Part shown: positions 29,739-38,703 of the stretch, piece after piece | Layout of the letters: every line of letters starts with the position of its first letter | How positions within the stretch are numbered: position 1 is the stretch's first letter | Assembly: GCA_937958695.1 (NCBI GenBank) | Contig: CALGNK010000003.1 | Span: 1,912 to 65,911, forward strand | Reading direction: 5' to 3' | Length of the DNA: 64,000 nucleotides | Source: an uncultured bacterium | Lineage (GTDB): Bacteria; DUMJ01 | Translations under genes and position numbers: made by a program | The notes under the pieces: generated by a model | Databases searched by the model: none | Seen by the model: the letters and a program-made list of their open reading frames with translations, nothing else | What the model was told of the DNA's origin: nothing

Positions 29739-30686
29739 ATGGTGGAGACATTAATATTAAACTTTAATCCTGCACTGGATAGAACCGCAATAGTAGAGAG
29801 GTATAACCCTTATGGGATAAATAAGGCAAAAAGGTTGATAGTTTTACCAGGGGGTAAGGGGGCTAATGTGGGAAGGTCATTAAAAAACTTAGGATATAGA
29901 GACTTTGTCTGCTCTGGAATTCTAGGAGGGGCTATAGGTAGGATTATAAAGGAACTCTTAGATAAAGATGGTATAACAAACGACTATTTCTGGATAAACG
30001 ATGAGACAAGAATAGCGTATGCTACCTATGAAGAGGCAAGTGGTGTAGGGATGATTACAAATGAAGAAGGCCCAAAAGTTACAGAAAAAGAGATTAATAG
30101 ATGTATGGACTTTATAAAGGAGAAATACTCTAGCGATATAAAAAGGGTAGTACTTTCTGGAGGAGCCCCTCCGAGTATTCCTCCGGAAAAGATAAAAGAC
30201 TTAATTTACATCTTTAAAACTAAAGGGAAGGAGGTCTTTATTGATACCAGTGGAGGAATACTAAAACAATGTGCAAGTCTTGGTCCTTTCTGTATAAAGG
30301 TAAATGAAAATGAGTTAAGTGATGCATTCAAAGTAGATATAGAAGACGTAAAAGTATTAAAAGAATTCTACTCTTATCTATCTAAGCTTGGAACCAGTTG
30401 GCTCTTTGTTACAAGAGGAGAAAAAGGTGCTATATTGATAGCTAAAGATAGATTAATTGTTGGAAGGAGTAAAAATATATACTCCCATTATGCTATCGGT
30501 TCTGGTGATGCCTTTTTCGGAGGAATTATATATGGCCGGGTACTTAATCTAGACCTAATAGAGATATTAAAACTAGGTATAGCCTGTGGTACTGCAAATA
30601 CACTTGAGTTTGGAGCCTGTGTCTTTAGAAAGGATGAAGTAGAAAGAGTTAAAGAGGAAATAGAAATAGAAGAATTACCACTCTAA
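29739..30686 (+). CDS. PfkB-family carbohydrate kinase (1-phosphofructokinase/tagatose-6-P kinase-like)
   Basis: PGGKGANV substrate motif and [12 protein letters not shown]-binding motif. Confidence 0.75.
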   Translation: MVETLILNFNPALDRTAIVERYNPYGINKAKRLIVLPGGKGANVGRSLKNLGYRDFVCSGILGGAIGRIIKELLDKDGITNDYFWINDETRIAYATYEEASGVGMITNEEGPKVTEKEINRCMDFIKEKYSSDIKRVVLSGGAPPSIPPEKIKDLIYIFKTKGKEVFIDTSGGILKQCASLGPFCIKVNENELSDAFKVDIEDVKVLKEFYSYLSKLGTSWLFVTRGEKGAILIAKDRLIVGRSKNIYSHYAIGSGDAFFGGIIYGRVLNLDLIEILKLGIACGTANTLEFGACVFRKDEVERVKEEIEIEELPL

Positions 30687-31369
30687 TCGGATACCTTTGT
30701 TAGAATAGAAGCTAAGTCTTGCTTTAATCTTGCTATTTCCTCCTTTAGTATTTTTACCTCTTCCTCTAATCTCTCTATCATTTCATACTCTATATCAGGG
30801 ACATCTCCATGGGCTAACTGTTCCGCTGGTGTAAGTTTATGGCCATTTCTTCTAACTATCTTTCCAGGAACTCCTACCACAGTAAAGTTAGGAGGTATAG
30901 ATTTTAAGACTACAGAACCAGCACCTATCTTCACATTATCACCTATAGTAATTGGACCCAGTATCTTTGCCCCTGCACCAACTACTATGTTATTACCTAA
31001 TGTAGGATGCCTCTTGCCTTTATGTTTTCCAGTTCCTCCTAAAGTAACTCCTTGATAGAGTAAAACATCATCTCCAATCTCCGTTGTCTCTCCTATTACT
31101 ACCCCCATCCCATGGTCTATAAAGAATCCCTTACCTATCTTAGCAGCAGGGTGTATCTCTATGCCCGTCAATCTTCTAACTATAAAAGAGATGCATATAG
31201 CTATAGACCTAAGGCCTCTCTGCCAAAACCAATGGGCTATTCTATGTCCTAAGATAGCATGAAACCCAGGATAAAAGAGTATAACCTGTAAAGCATTTCT
31301 AGCTGCAGGATCTTTCTCAAAAACAGCCATAAAATCAGCCTTTAGTGTCTCAAACATAACGTCCTCCAT
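30683..31369 (-). CDS. cysE: serine O-acetyltransferase
   Basis: SAT N-terminal domain plus left-handed beta-helix hexapeptide repeats ([31 protein letters not shown]). An atypical C-terminal coiled-coil tail ends ...KVSD. Confidence 0.8.
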   Translation of the reverse strand: MEDVMFETLKADFMAVFEKDPAARNALQVILFYPGFHAILGHRIAHWFWQRGLRSIAICISFIVRRLTGIEIHPAAKIGKGFFIDHGMGVVIGETTEIGDDVLLYQGVTLGGTGKHKGKRHPTLGNNIVVGAGAKILGPITIGDNVKIGAGSVVLKSIPPNFTVVGVPGKIVRRNGHKLTPAEQLAHGDVPDIEYEMIERLEEEVKILKEEIARLKQDLASILTKVSD

Positions 31370-31440
31370 CTAAATATTACTATTATAATAATTATTATAT
31401 AGTTTAGCATACCCAAAAGTAAATAGAAAGACGTATATTG

Positions 31441-31449
31441 TGGTATAAT
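31441..31449 (+). promoter_or_regulatory. extended -10 promoter element (TGGTATAAT) for the lipB-lipA operon
   Basis: A TGnTATAAT consensus lies 34 nt upstream of the lipB ATG, in the 113-bp divergent intergenic region. Confidence 0.35.
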
Positions 31450-31482
31450 GGATTTTAAGAAGACTATCGCTGGAGAAATAAT

Positions 31483-32178
31483 ATGGAAGTTATCGATACT
31501 GAGTTAAAAGAGAAGGTAACCACATTTATAGATTTAGGGCTAAGAGGATATAGAGAAGTTGAGAAAATACAAGAAGATATAGTAGAGGGGGTAATAAAAG
31601 GTATATTATCCGAACATATCATCCTAGTAGAACATCCCTCAGTAGTTACATTGGGCAAAAGCACAAAAGAAGAGGAGGTTTTTATAGAGGACCCTAGAAA
31701 GATAAAAGAAAGAGGGATAGAAATATACAAAACTAAAAGAGGGGGGAGCATTACTCTACATGAGCCGGGGCAATTGGTAGTTTATCCCATAATAAGGATA
31801 GAAAATAGAGATGTACATAAATATGTCAGAAAACTGGAAGAGGTAGTAATAGAGCTCCTAGACATATATAATATAAAGGCGGTAAGAAAAGAGAAGTATA
31901 CTGGAGTATGGATAGATGAAAAAAGGAAGATATGCTCTATAGGGGTTGCAGTCAAAAAATGGGTAACCTACCATGGTTTGGCGTTAAACGTAAATAATAA
32001 GCTAGAAGACTTCAAACTATTTCGTCCCTGTGGATTAGAAGGAGTGGAGATGGTTTCTATAGAAAAGATTTTAGGGTTTAAAATTGATATGAACGAACTA
32101 AAAGAGAAATTCATTCATATATTTAGTGTTATATTTAATAGGAGATTAATTAAATATGGCGAAACCTATTTGGCTTAG
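31483..32178 (+). CDS. lipB: octanoyltransferase (lipoyl(octanoyl) transferase)
   Basis: RGGSITLHEPGQLVVYP and KICSIGVAVKKWVTYHGLALNV motifs. It lies immediately upstream of lipA and overlaps it. Confidence 0.8.
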   Translation: MEVIDTELKEKVTTFIDLGLRGYREVEKIQEDIVEGVIKGILSEHIILVEHPSVVTLGKSTKEEEVFIEDPRKIKERGIEIYKTKRGGSITLHEPGQLVVYPIIRIENRDVHKYVRKLEEVVIELLDIYNIKAVRKEKYTGVWIDEKRKICSIGVAVKKWVTYHGLALNVNNKLEDFKLFRPCGLEGVEMVSIEKILGFKIDMNELKEKFIHIFSVIFNRRLIKYGETYLA

Positions 32179-33025
32179 AAAGAGGATAAGTATAGAGAAC
32201 ATCAATGCAATAAGGGTTGAACATATATTAAAAGATGGAGCGCTACATACTGTATGTGAGTCTGCCCTCTGCCCTAATATATCGGAATGCTTTAACCAAG
32301 GAACAGCAACCTTTCTGATACTCGGAGATATATGTACTAGAAATTGCAGATTCTGTGCTATAAAAAAGGGTAGGCCAAATCAGGTAGACCCTGAAGAGCC
32401 CAAGAAGGTAGCCAAAGCGGTAGAACTTTTAGGACTGAAATATGTAGTTATTACATCAGTCACTAGGGATGATTTACCAAAAGGAGGTGCGGATAAGTTT
32501 AGAGAGACTATATTAGAGATAAGAAAGAATAATAGGGAGACAAAGATTGAGGTTTTGATACCTGATTTTAAGGGGGATAGAGATGCTTTAGAAGAGGTAT
32601 TATCCGCTTTCCCAGATGTTCTAAATCACAATATAGAAACAGTTCCTTCTCTTTATCCTATTGTAAGGCCTATGGCAGACTTCGGAAGGTCACTAAATAT
32701 CCTCTATTGGACTAAAGAGTACAATTCTAGTATAATTACAAAGTCTGGAATTATGGTAGGATTAGGAGAAACAGAGAAGGAGTTATATAGTGTATTTAAA
32801 ATGCTAACAGATGTTGGTTGCGATATTATTACAATAGGACAGTATCTACAACCAACTAAAGAACATTTACCAGTAAAGGAGTATATATCTCCTGAAAGAT
32901 TCAAAGAGATAGAAGAATTAGCATATAAGGCCGGATTTAAATATGTAGTATCTGGACCTTTTGTAAGGAGCTCTTATTTTGCCCACAAAGGTTATGAAAA
33001 AATATCGGAGGTGAAAAATAAATGA
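32156..33025 (+). CDS. lipA: lipoyl synthase (radical SAM)
   Basis: CESALCPNISEC auxiliary-cluster motif and radical-SAM CTRNCRFC. Confidence 0.9.
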   Translation: MAKPIWLRKRISIENINAIRVEHILKDGALHTVCESALCPNISECFNQGTATFLILGDICTRNCRFCAIKKGRPNQVDPEEPKKVAKAVELLGLKYVVITSVTRDDLPKGGADKFRETILEIRKNNRETKIEVLIPDFKGDRDALEEVLSAFPDVLNHNIETVPSLYPIVRPMADFGRSLNILYWTKEYNSSIITKSGIMVGLGETEKELYSVFKMLTDVGCDIITIGQYLQPTKEHLPVKEYISPERFKEIEELAYKAGFKYVVSGPFVRSSYFAHKGYEKISEVKNK

Positions 33026-33729
33026 AAAGATTTTTAGGTTTACTGCTTTCAGTAATTATTAGTATTTCTATTCTAAGTATTGGCTATGCTCAAACCTCAA
33101 AACCATTAATCCAGGTAAGTGTAAAGGTCATAGTAACAGACCCCTTAAAGTATGACCTTGGTAAAACCATTCCAGAGGTAGATGTAGACAAGCTTAATCT
33201 TACCCCGGAACAAAGGGATAAGTTAACAAAACTTAGAGAGAAGTTGCAAGAAAATGAAATAAAATATCAGAGGCAATTTGCCAATATCTGGAATAAGACA
33301 CTAAAGCCTGCTGTTCAAAAGTCTGACCAAAATACCATAAAAAAGGCTAAGGAGGAGCTACTACATACACTTAAAGAGCTACAAAAAGCCAGGATAAATT
33401 ACTATTTTGAGATGCAAAAGATCTTGACCCAGGAACAGCTGAAACACTTCCCTATACTTTTTACTAAGGAACAGGTAGAAAAATTTGAAAAGATTAGAGA
33501 AGACTATGATGAGGGAAGACTTAACTTAGATATAGCTAGGATGATAGAGGCTTATAAGGTGCAGGAACTTAGAAAAGGTAATGCTTCTACGAAAGAGATA
33601 AATACAAGGGTAGCCCTCATAGTAGCTATAGACAACAAAAAGAAAGATGATCTAATAAATTATAGAGTTGCATTAAGAGAAGTCCTCACGAAAGAACAGA
33701 GAGAGGTTTTATTTGCGGAGAAAAAGTAG
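33022..33729 (+). CDS. secreted Spy/CpxP-like LTXXQ-motif protein (periplasmic stress or chaperone family)
   Basis: A signal peptide (MKRFLGLLLSVIISISILSIGYA) and repeated LTxEQ motifs (LTPEQRDKL, LTQEQLKHF, LTKEQREVL) in a helical, charged protein. Confidence 0.5.
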   Translation: MKRFLGLLLSVIISISILSIGYAQTSKPLIQVSVKVIVTDPLKYDLGKTIPEVDVDKLNLTPEQRDKLTKLREKLQENEIKYQRQFANIWNKTLKPAVQKSDQNTIKKAKEELLHTLKELQKARINYYFEMQKILTQEQLKHFPILFTKEQVEKFEKIREDYDEGRLNLDIARMIEAYKVQELRKGNASTKEINTRVALIVAIDNKKKDDLINYRVALREVLTKEQREVLFAEKK

Positions 33730-33731
33730 CT

Positions 33732-34805
33732 ATGGATAAATTAGATATCCTCCTAAAAGATCTTACTGAAACCCCAGGTATAAGTAGCTTTGAAGATAGG
33801 ATAAGGGAAAGGTTGAGGTATTATTTCTCTCCTCTTGGAGAGATAATTACAGATAGATTAGGTAGCATCCTTTGTGAAAAAAGGGGAGAGTGTAGTTATC
33901 CAAGAATTATGATTGCTAGTCATATGGATGAGATAGGATTCATTGTAAAGTACATAACCGATGAAGGATTCATCAAGTTTGCCCCTATAGGAGGCTGGTG
34001 GAGCCAAGTTTTACCATCTCAGAGAGTAATAGTATATTCCAAAAAAGGAGAGTTCCTAGGAGTAGTAGGGTCAAAACCGCCACATCTACTTCCACCTGAA
34101 GAGAGGGAAAAGACGGTAAAACTTGAAGATCTCTTTATAGATATAGGGGCAAAAAGCAAGGAAGAAGTAGAAGGTGAGTTTGGAATAAAGCCAGGTTCGC
34201 CTATAGTTCCCTGGTCTCCATATCAGGTCATAGGTAAAGACGGTAAATTTTTAATGGGTAAGGCTTGGGATGACAGGATTGGTTGCGCAGTAATGATAAG
34301 GACCTTAGAGAATCTAAAAGGAGAGAAGCATCCAAACACCGTTATAGGGGTTGGAACTGTTCAAGAAGAGGTTGGTTTAAGAGGTGCCGAGACAAGTGTA
34401 AAATTAGCTAAACCTGATGTTGCCTTTGTTTTAGAGTCTGGTATAGCAGGAGATACGCCTAACGTGAAGAAAGAGGAATCTGACATCAAACTCGGTAAGG
34501 GTCCATCCATTGGTATGATGGATAGTAGTATGCTACCAAATAGAAAACTGGTAGAGTTTGTAGAAGAGACCGCTAATGAATTGGGAATCCCATATCAGTA
34601 TGAGTTTATGCTTAGGGGAGGAGAGGACGGAGGAAGAATACATCTATACAATTCTGGAGTTCCTACTGTAACAATAAATGTACCTGCTAGATATATCCAT
34701 AGCCATACCGGGATAATCCATAGGGATGATTTTGAAAATGCGGTAAAGCTATTAACCGCCCTAATTAAAAGACTAGATGCAGAGAGGGTATCGAAGCTAA
34801 TATGA
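33732..34805 (+). CDS. M42-family aminopeptidase (FrvX / glutamyl aminopeptidase-like)
   Basis: IASHMDEIGFIV metal-binding motif and the M42 domain organisation, 357 aa. Confidence 0.8.
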   Translation: MDKLDILLKDLTETPGISSFEDRIRERLRYYFSPLGEIITDRLGSILCEKRGECSYPRIMIASHMDEIGFIVKYITDEGFIKFAPIGGWWSQVLPSQRVIVYSKKGEFLGVVGSKPPHLLPPEEREKTVKLEDLFIDIGAKSKEEVEGEFGIKPGSPIVPWSPYQVIGKDGKFLMGKAWDDRIGCAVMIRTLENLKGEKHPNTVIGVGTVQEEVGLRGAETSVKLAKPDVAFVLESGIAGDTPNVKKEESDIKLGKGPSIGMMDSSMLPNRKLVEFVEETANELGIPYQYEFMLRGGEDGGRIHLYNSGVPTVTINVPARYIHSHTGIIHRDDFENAVKLLTALIKRLDAERVSKLI

Positions 34806-36178
34806 GTGTACGAGTCAGATTTGCCCCTAGTCCTACCGGACATCTACACATAGGGACAGCAAGAACCGCATTATTTAACTGGTTATTTGCAAGAAAAGAA
34901 AAAGGAACTTTTATATTGAGGATAGAGGATACCGATCTAGAGAGGTCAAAGAAAGAGTTTGAAGTTTCTATCTTAGATGATTTAAGATGGCTTGGCTTAG
35001 ATTGGGATGAATTCTATAGACAGAGTGATAGACTCAGTATCTACAGAGAGATAGCAGAAAAGCTACTTTCAGAAGGTAAGGCTTATGAATGTTTCTGTAC
35101 TAAAGAAGAGTTAGAAAAACTAAGGGGCAAAGGGTACGATAGGCGATGCTTAAAACTCTCTGAAGCAGAAAAGGAAACATTAAGGAAAGAGAGAAAACCT
35201 GCTATAAGGTTGTACGTTCCAAAGGATGGGGAGACGAGATTTAACGACTATCTTCATGGAGAGTTATGTTTTCAGAATAATGTCATAGATGACTTCGTTA
35301 TACTAAAGTCAGATGGAACCCCTACCTACAACTTTAGCGTGGTAGTTGATGATATAGATATGAGGATAACTCATATAATAAGGGGCGAAGATCATATTTC
35401 TAATACTCCAAAACAGATACATATATATAATGCTCTAGGCATTGAAACGCCCATATTTATACATATACCGATGATTTTAGGACAGGATAAGGCTAAGCTA
35501 AGTAAGAGACATGGAGCCACTTCAATAGGAGAGTATCGTAGTATGGGTTATCTATCCGAAGCTATGGTAAATTTCTTAGCGCTTATGGGGGCTTCTTACA
35601 ATGATAAACAGGTCCTATCTTTAGAAGAACTTGTAGAAATATTTTCACTAGAGAATCTGAGTAAAAATCCAGCTATATTTGATATAAAAAAGTTAGACTT
35701 CCTCTCCCAAGAGCATATAAGAAGAAAGTCTATAGAAGCGCTTACCCAATTAACCATTCAGTTTCTAAAAGAGAAAAGATTAGAGCATTGGACCATAGAT
35801 AAATCCTACCTAACTAGGGTACTCAGCATTCTTCAGACCCGCATTAAAACCCTAAAAGATGTCATTATTATGGGAGATTATTTCTTTACAGAAGAATTCT
35901 CAAGAGATGTAGAAATACCAATAGAAGAGAAGAAAAGGCTTAACTATATTCTACCAGAACTAGTAGACGCCCTAAACAAGGTAGATGATTGGAATGCTAC
36001 TAATCTAGAAAATAAAACAAGAACGTTTATAGCAGAAAAAATGCTAGACTCAAGATGGTTCTTACAATCATTAAGGATTATAATCTCTGGCAAAAAGGTC
36101 ACCCCAAGTCTCTTTGAGACGTTAGAAGTCTTAGGGAAAGAAAAGACGATTGATAGAATTAAGAAGGGGATGGATTAA
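34802..36178 (+). CDS. gltX: glutamyl-tRNA synthetase
   Basis: HIGH motif (PSPTGHLHIGTART) and KMSKS-type KLSKRHG. Confidence 0.9.
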   Translation: MSVRVRFAPSPTGHLHIGTARTALFNWLFARKEKGTFILRIEDTDLERSKKEFEVSILDDLRWLGLDWDEFYRQSDRLSIYREIAEKLLSEGKAYECFCTKEELEKLRGKGYDRRCLKLSEAEKETLRKERKPAIRLYVPKDGETRFNDYLHGELCFQNNVIDDFVILKSDGTPTYNFSVVVDDIDMRITHIIRGEDHISNTPKQIHIYNALGIETPIFIHIPMILGQDKAKLSKRHGATSIGEYRSMGYLSEAMVNFLALMGASYNDKQVLSLEELVEIFSLENLSKNPAIFDIKKLDFLSQEHIRRKSIEALTQLTIQFLKEKRLEHWTIDKSYLTRVLSILQTRIKTLKDVIIMGDYFFTEEFSRDVEIPIEEKKRLNYILPELVDALNKVDDWNATNLENKTRTFIAEKMLDSRWFLQSLRIIISGKKVTPSLFETLEVLGKEKTIDRIKKGMD

Positions 36179-38550
36179 TCCGTCCCCTTCTTAACAAAGA
36201 TCTCGTAATTTCCTCCAGGAAGCTCTATTAAATTTCTAAAAGGTGTCTCCTTTTTATTTATAACTAAAGTCGGATTAGGTATATCCAAGGCAGATAAAAT
36301 TAGTCTAATTTTCATTTCCTTCGGAGAACATAAGCTTATTAGTATCGAGTCTCTACCTTTTTCCCACCTTACACTGATATCTCCCTTTAAAGTTGGAATT
36401 ATCCCTTCAGCCCAATCAAGACCAATTAGATGCGGTTTTATATCTACTTTCCTAAAACCAGGCTCGGCAGGTCTAATTCCCAATATAGAAGCTACAGATT
36501 CATATATAGGAACCGCCGACCAGCCGTGACATTCACTTCTAGGATTCTCAAAGGTCTCTGGAAACGTGGTAATATTCATATCTAACAGCTCTTTCCAACG
36601 ATTGAGTAGAACAGGTCCATATTTATTATAGAGATTAGTCTTATCTAGAGCTCTAAAAAGGAAATATGAATGAGCAATAGATACTTCACTAATACTCTTA
36701 TCTTCAATAGCTTTTTCAATAATAAACTTAGCCCTATCGCCCTTTACTAATTCATTTAGTACTGCCCAAATCTGACAATGCTGGCTAAACTGTCTGGTAC
36801 TTATCCCGTCTTTGAATAGACCAATTTCCTCATCCAAACAGTACCACTTTATTGCCTTATCAATCCTCATACTCCTCGTTTTATATTCCTTAAAAAGATT
36901 CCTCGAGTTTATAAATAGCATAAGATTACTAGCAATCTTAAGGGTATAACTATAGATAAGACTATAGATAGTAGCAATATCAGAATTAAAAACAGGAGGA
37001 ATCCCCCAATTCCATCCTTCAACCCAATCAACATAAGGCCAATAGCCTATCTTACCTATAAGATTTTCTCTAGTTAGATGCCTCTCAAACCAGTTCAAGA
37101 TGCTATCAATAGTTGGTCTATATCTTCTTATCAATTCTGTTTCACCAGAGTATAGCACATAATCTCTCAACATAAGTATCCAGTAGAGAGAAAAAATAGG
37201 AATTACCTGAGGAGCCACAGAAGGATATCTACTCTGTAAAAGTCCTGTTGGAAGTAAGGAGCTATGAAAATCGTAGAGGGCTTTTTTAGCTAGTCTATAA
37301 TCTTTTGAAATTTGATACATATAGAGAGATTCTAACATTGAGTCCATTATATACTGCATTTGTTCATAGTACGGACAATCCTCATACGTCTCATGAATAC
37401 TCTTCTTAAGAGTCCTTATAGAAACTTCCCATACTTTGTTTAACTTTTCATCAGAACAGTTAAATCTTCCGTCTACACTGAGAGGATAGCCTATCTCTCT
37501 AAACCAGATTCTATCAATAATAACAGGAGAAGAAGAAACGTCTATATCAACCTTAATAAATCTAAATGTCCTAAACCAAAATGGTTCATAATAATCTTCC
37601 TTTCCTGAGGGATAAAAAGTATCTGTATCTCCTAAAATAACACCGTTAATGTCATCTCTAACTCCTTTTCTTAAGGTTCCATTGGAGTCTTTATGCAAGA
37701 AACATTCCCCATATGTAAACTTAATAACACTTCCATATCCATCTCTTACTTTGATACAGGGAAACCCAGTGGTAAGTTCACCGGCATCTAGCAAAAAAGA
37801 GTAAGATTTATTTGGCTCTAGAGTAACACTTGGAGTAAAAGATTCTGGTATTACTCTTACAAAGTCCTTGTCCTCCTGATACAACATTGGTATATCTCTT
37901 TCAACTAGGGACCAATTAGGTAAGAGTTCATTTAGTTTTATCTCCGGATTAAACGCTAAGTCTTTATCTTTTGAAATTATCTTAGCATTTTCCCAAGTTG
38001 TGTCATTAAAATCTACCAAATGCCAATTGTAAGGTATAAGCTCTCCTTTTACCACCTCCACCTCACCAACTAGAGGCATATGTTTAGATGGTATAAAGGC
38101 TATGCTTCTATCCCTATAGACTCGCCAAGATTCGTCAGTAATAATTTTTTCTATTAGATTTCCATCTCTGTCTAATAAGTCTCCCTCTAAGATAAAACCC
38201 GCAGTAGCAGTTCTAAATACAGAACCAGGACCACCTCTATGATAGATCCAAGGTTCCGCAATGTAGTAATGGATTACTAATGAAGAAATAACATTCCATC
38301 CTTTCTTTAGGAGCCTATTATCTATCTCGATTGTATCAAAATAATATCTCCATCTATCCCCTTTCTCCGGACCAAAACCTATAGGACATCCATTTAGGTA
38401 TAGTTTATACCTACTATCAGCTGTAACCTTTATAAGGAATCTATAGTTAGCATCCTCTAGATAAAATCTCTTTCTAAAATAGCATAGAACATTTTTATTA
38501 GAATTACTCTGAGGGATCTCTTCATCCCATATCCATCTTGCCTCAAGCAT
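36175..38550 (-). CDS. alpha-L-rhamnosidase, GH78 family
   Basis: About 790 aa with EARWIWDEE near the N-terminus, the bacterial rhamnosidase N-terminal beta-sandwich, and a six-hairpin glycosidase region. The ORF-track start at 38619 is a TTG lying 7 nt from a divergent -35 box. The ATG at 38550 (MLEARWIW) has AAGGAG 10 nt upstream. Confidence 0.75.
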   Translation of the reverse strand: MLEARWIWDEEIPQSNSNKNVLCYFRKRFYLEDANYRFLIKVTADSRYKLYLNGCPIGFGPEKGDRWRYYFDTIEIDNRLLKKGWNVISSLVIHYYIAEPWIYHRGGPGSVFRTATAGFILEGDLLDRDGNLIEKIITDESWRVYRDRSIAFIPSKHMPLVGEVEVVKGELIPYNWHLVDFNDTTWENAKIISKDKDLAFNPEIKLNELLPNWSLVERDIPMLYQEDKDFVRVIPESFTPSVTLEPNKSYSFLLDAGELTTGFPCIKVRDGYGSVIKFTYGECFLHKDSNGTLRKGVRDDINGVILGDTDTFYPSGKEDYYEPFWFRTFRFIKVDIDVSSSPVIIDRIWFREIGYPLSVDGRFNCSDEKLNKVWEVSIRTLKKSIHETYEDCPYYEQMQYIMDSMLESLYMYQISKDYRLAKKALYDFHSSLLPTGLLQSRYPSVAPQVIPIFSLYWILMLRDYVLYSGETELIRRYRPTIDSILNWFERHLTRENLIGKIGYWPYVDWVEGWNWGIPPVFNSDIATIYSLIYSYTLKIASNLMLFINSRNLFKEYKTRSMRIDKAIKWYCLDEEIGLFKDGISTRQFSQHCQIWAVLNELVKGDRAKFIIEKAIEDKSISEVSIAHSYFLFRALDKTNLYNKYGPVLLNRWKELLDMNITTFPETFENPRSECHGWSAVPIYESVASILGIRPAEPGFRKVDIKPHLIGLDWAEGIIPTLKGDISVRWEKGRDSILISLCSPKEMKIRLILSALDIPNPTLVINKKETPFRNLIELPGGNYEIFVKKGTD

Positions 38551-38625
38551 CTCTCCTATTCTCCTTTTAAAATTTTTATAAACACATAGTTTATAAATTA
38601 TTTTATCAAAATTCCCCAAGTGCTG

Positions 38626-38655
38626 TTGACAATAAGATAAGAAAAGAGATAAACT
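38626..38655 (+). promoter_or_regulatory. candidate sigma70 promoter (TTGACA-17 nt-ATAAAC) for the 38704 gene
   Basis: A perfect -35 TTGACA at 38626-38631, a 17-nt spacer, and a -10-like ATAAAC/TAAACT. The RBS GGGGAG lies 6 nt before the ATG at 38704. Confidence 0.3.
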
Positions 38656-38703
38656 ATTAGTAGAAATTAATTAAAAAATCCCTCTAAGAAAGGGGAGATA
38701 ATT

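Noticed and set aside
38619-38619. Rhamnosidase start at the TTG codon giving an 814-aa protein
   Set aside because: That TTG lies 7 nt from the divergent gene's -35 box and has no RBS. The ATG at 38550 has an AAGGAG 10 nt upstream and yields an N-terminus, MLEARWIW, of the kind GH78 proteins typically begin with.
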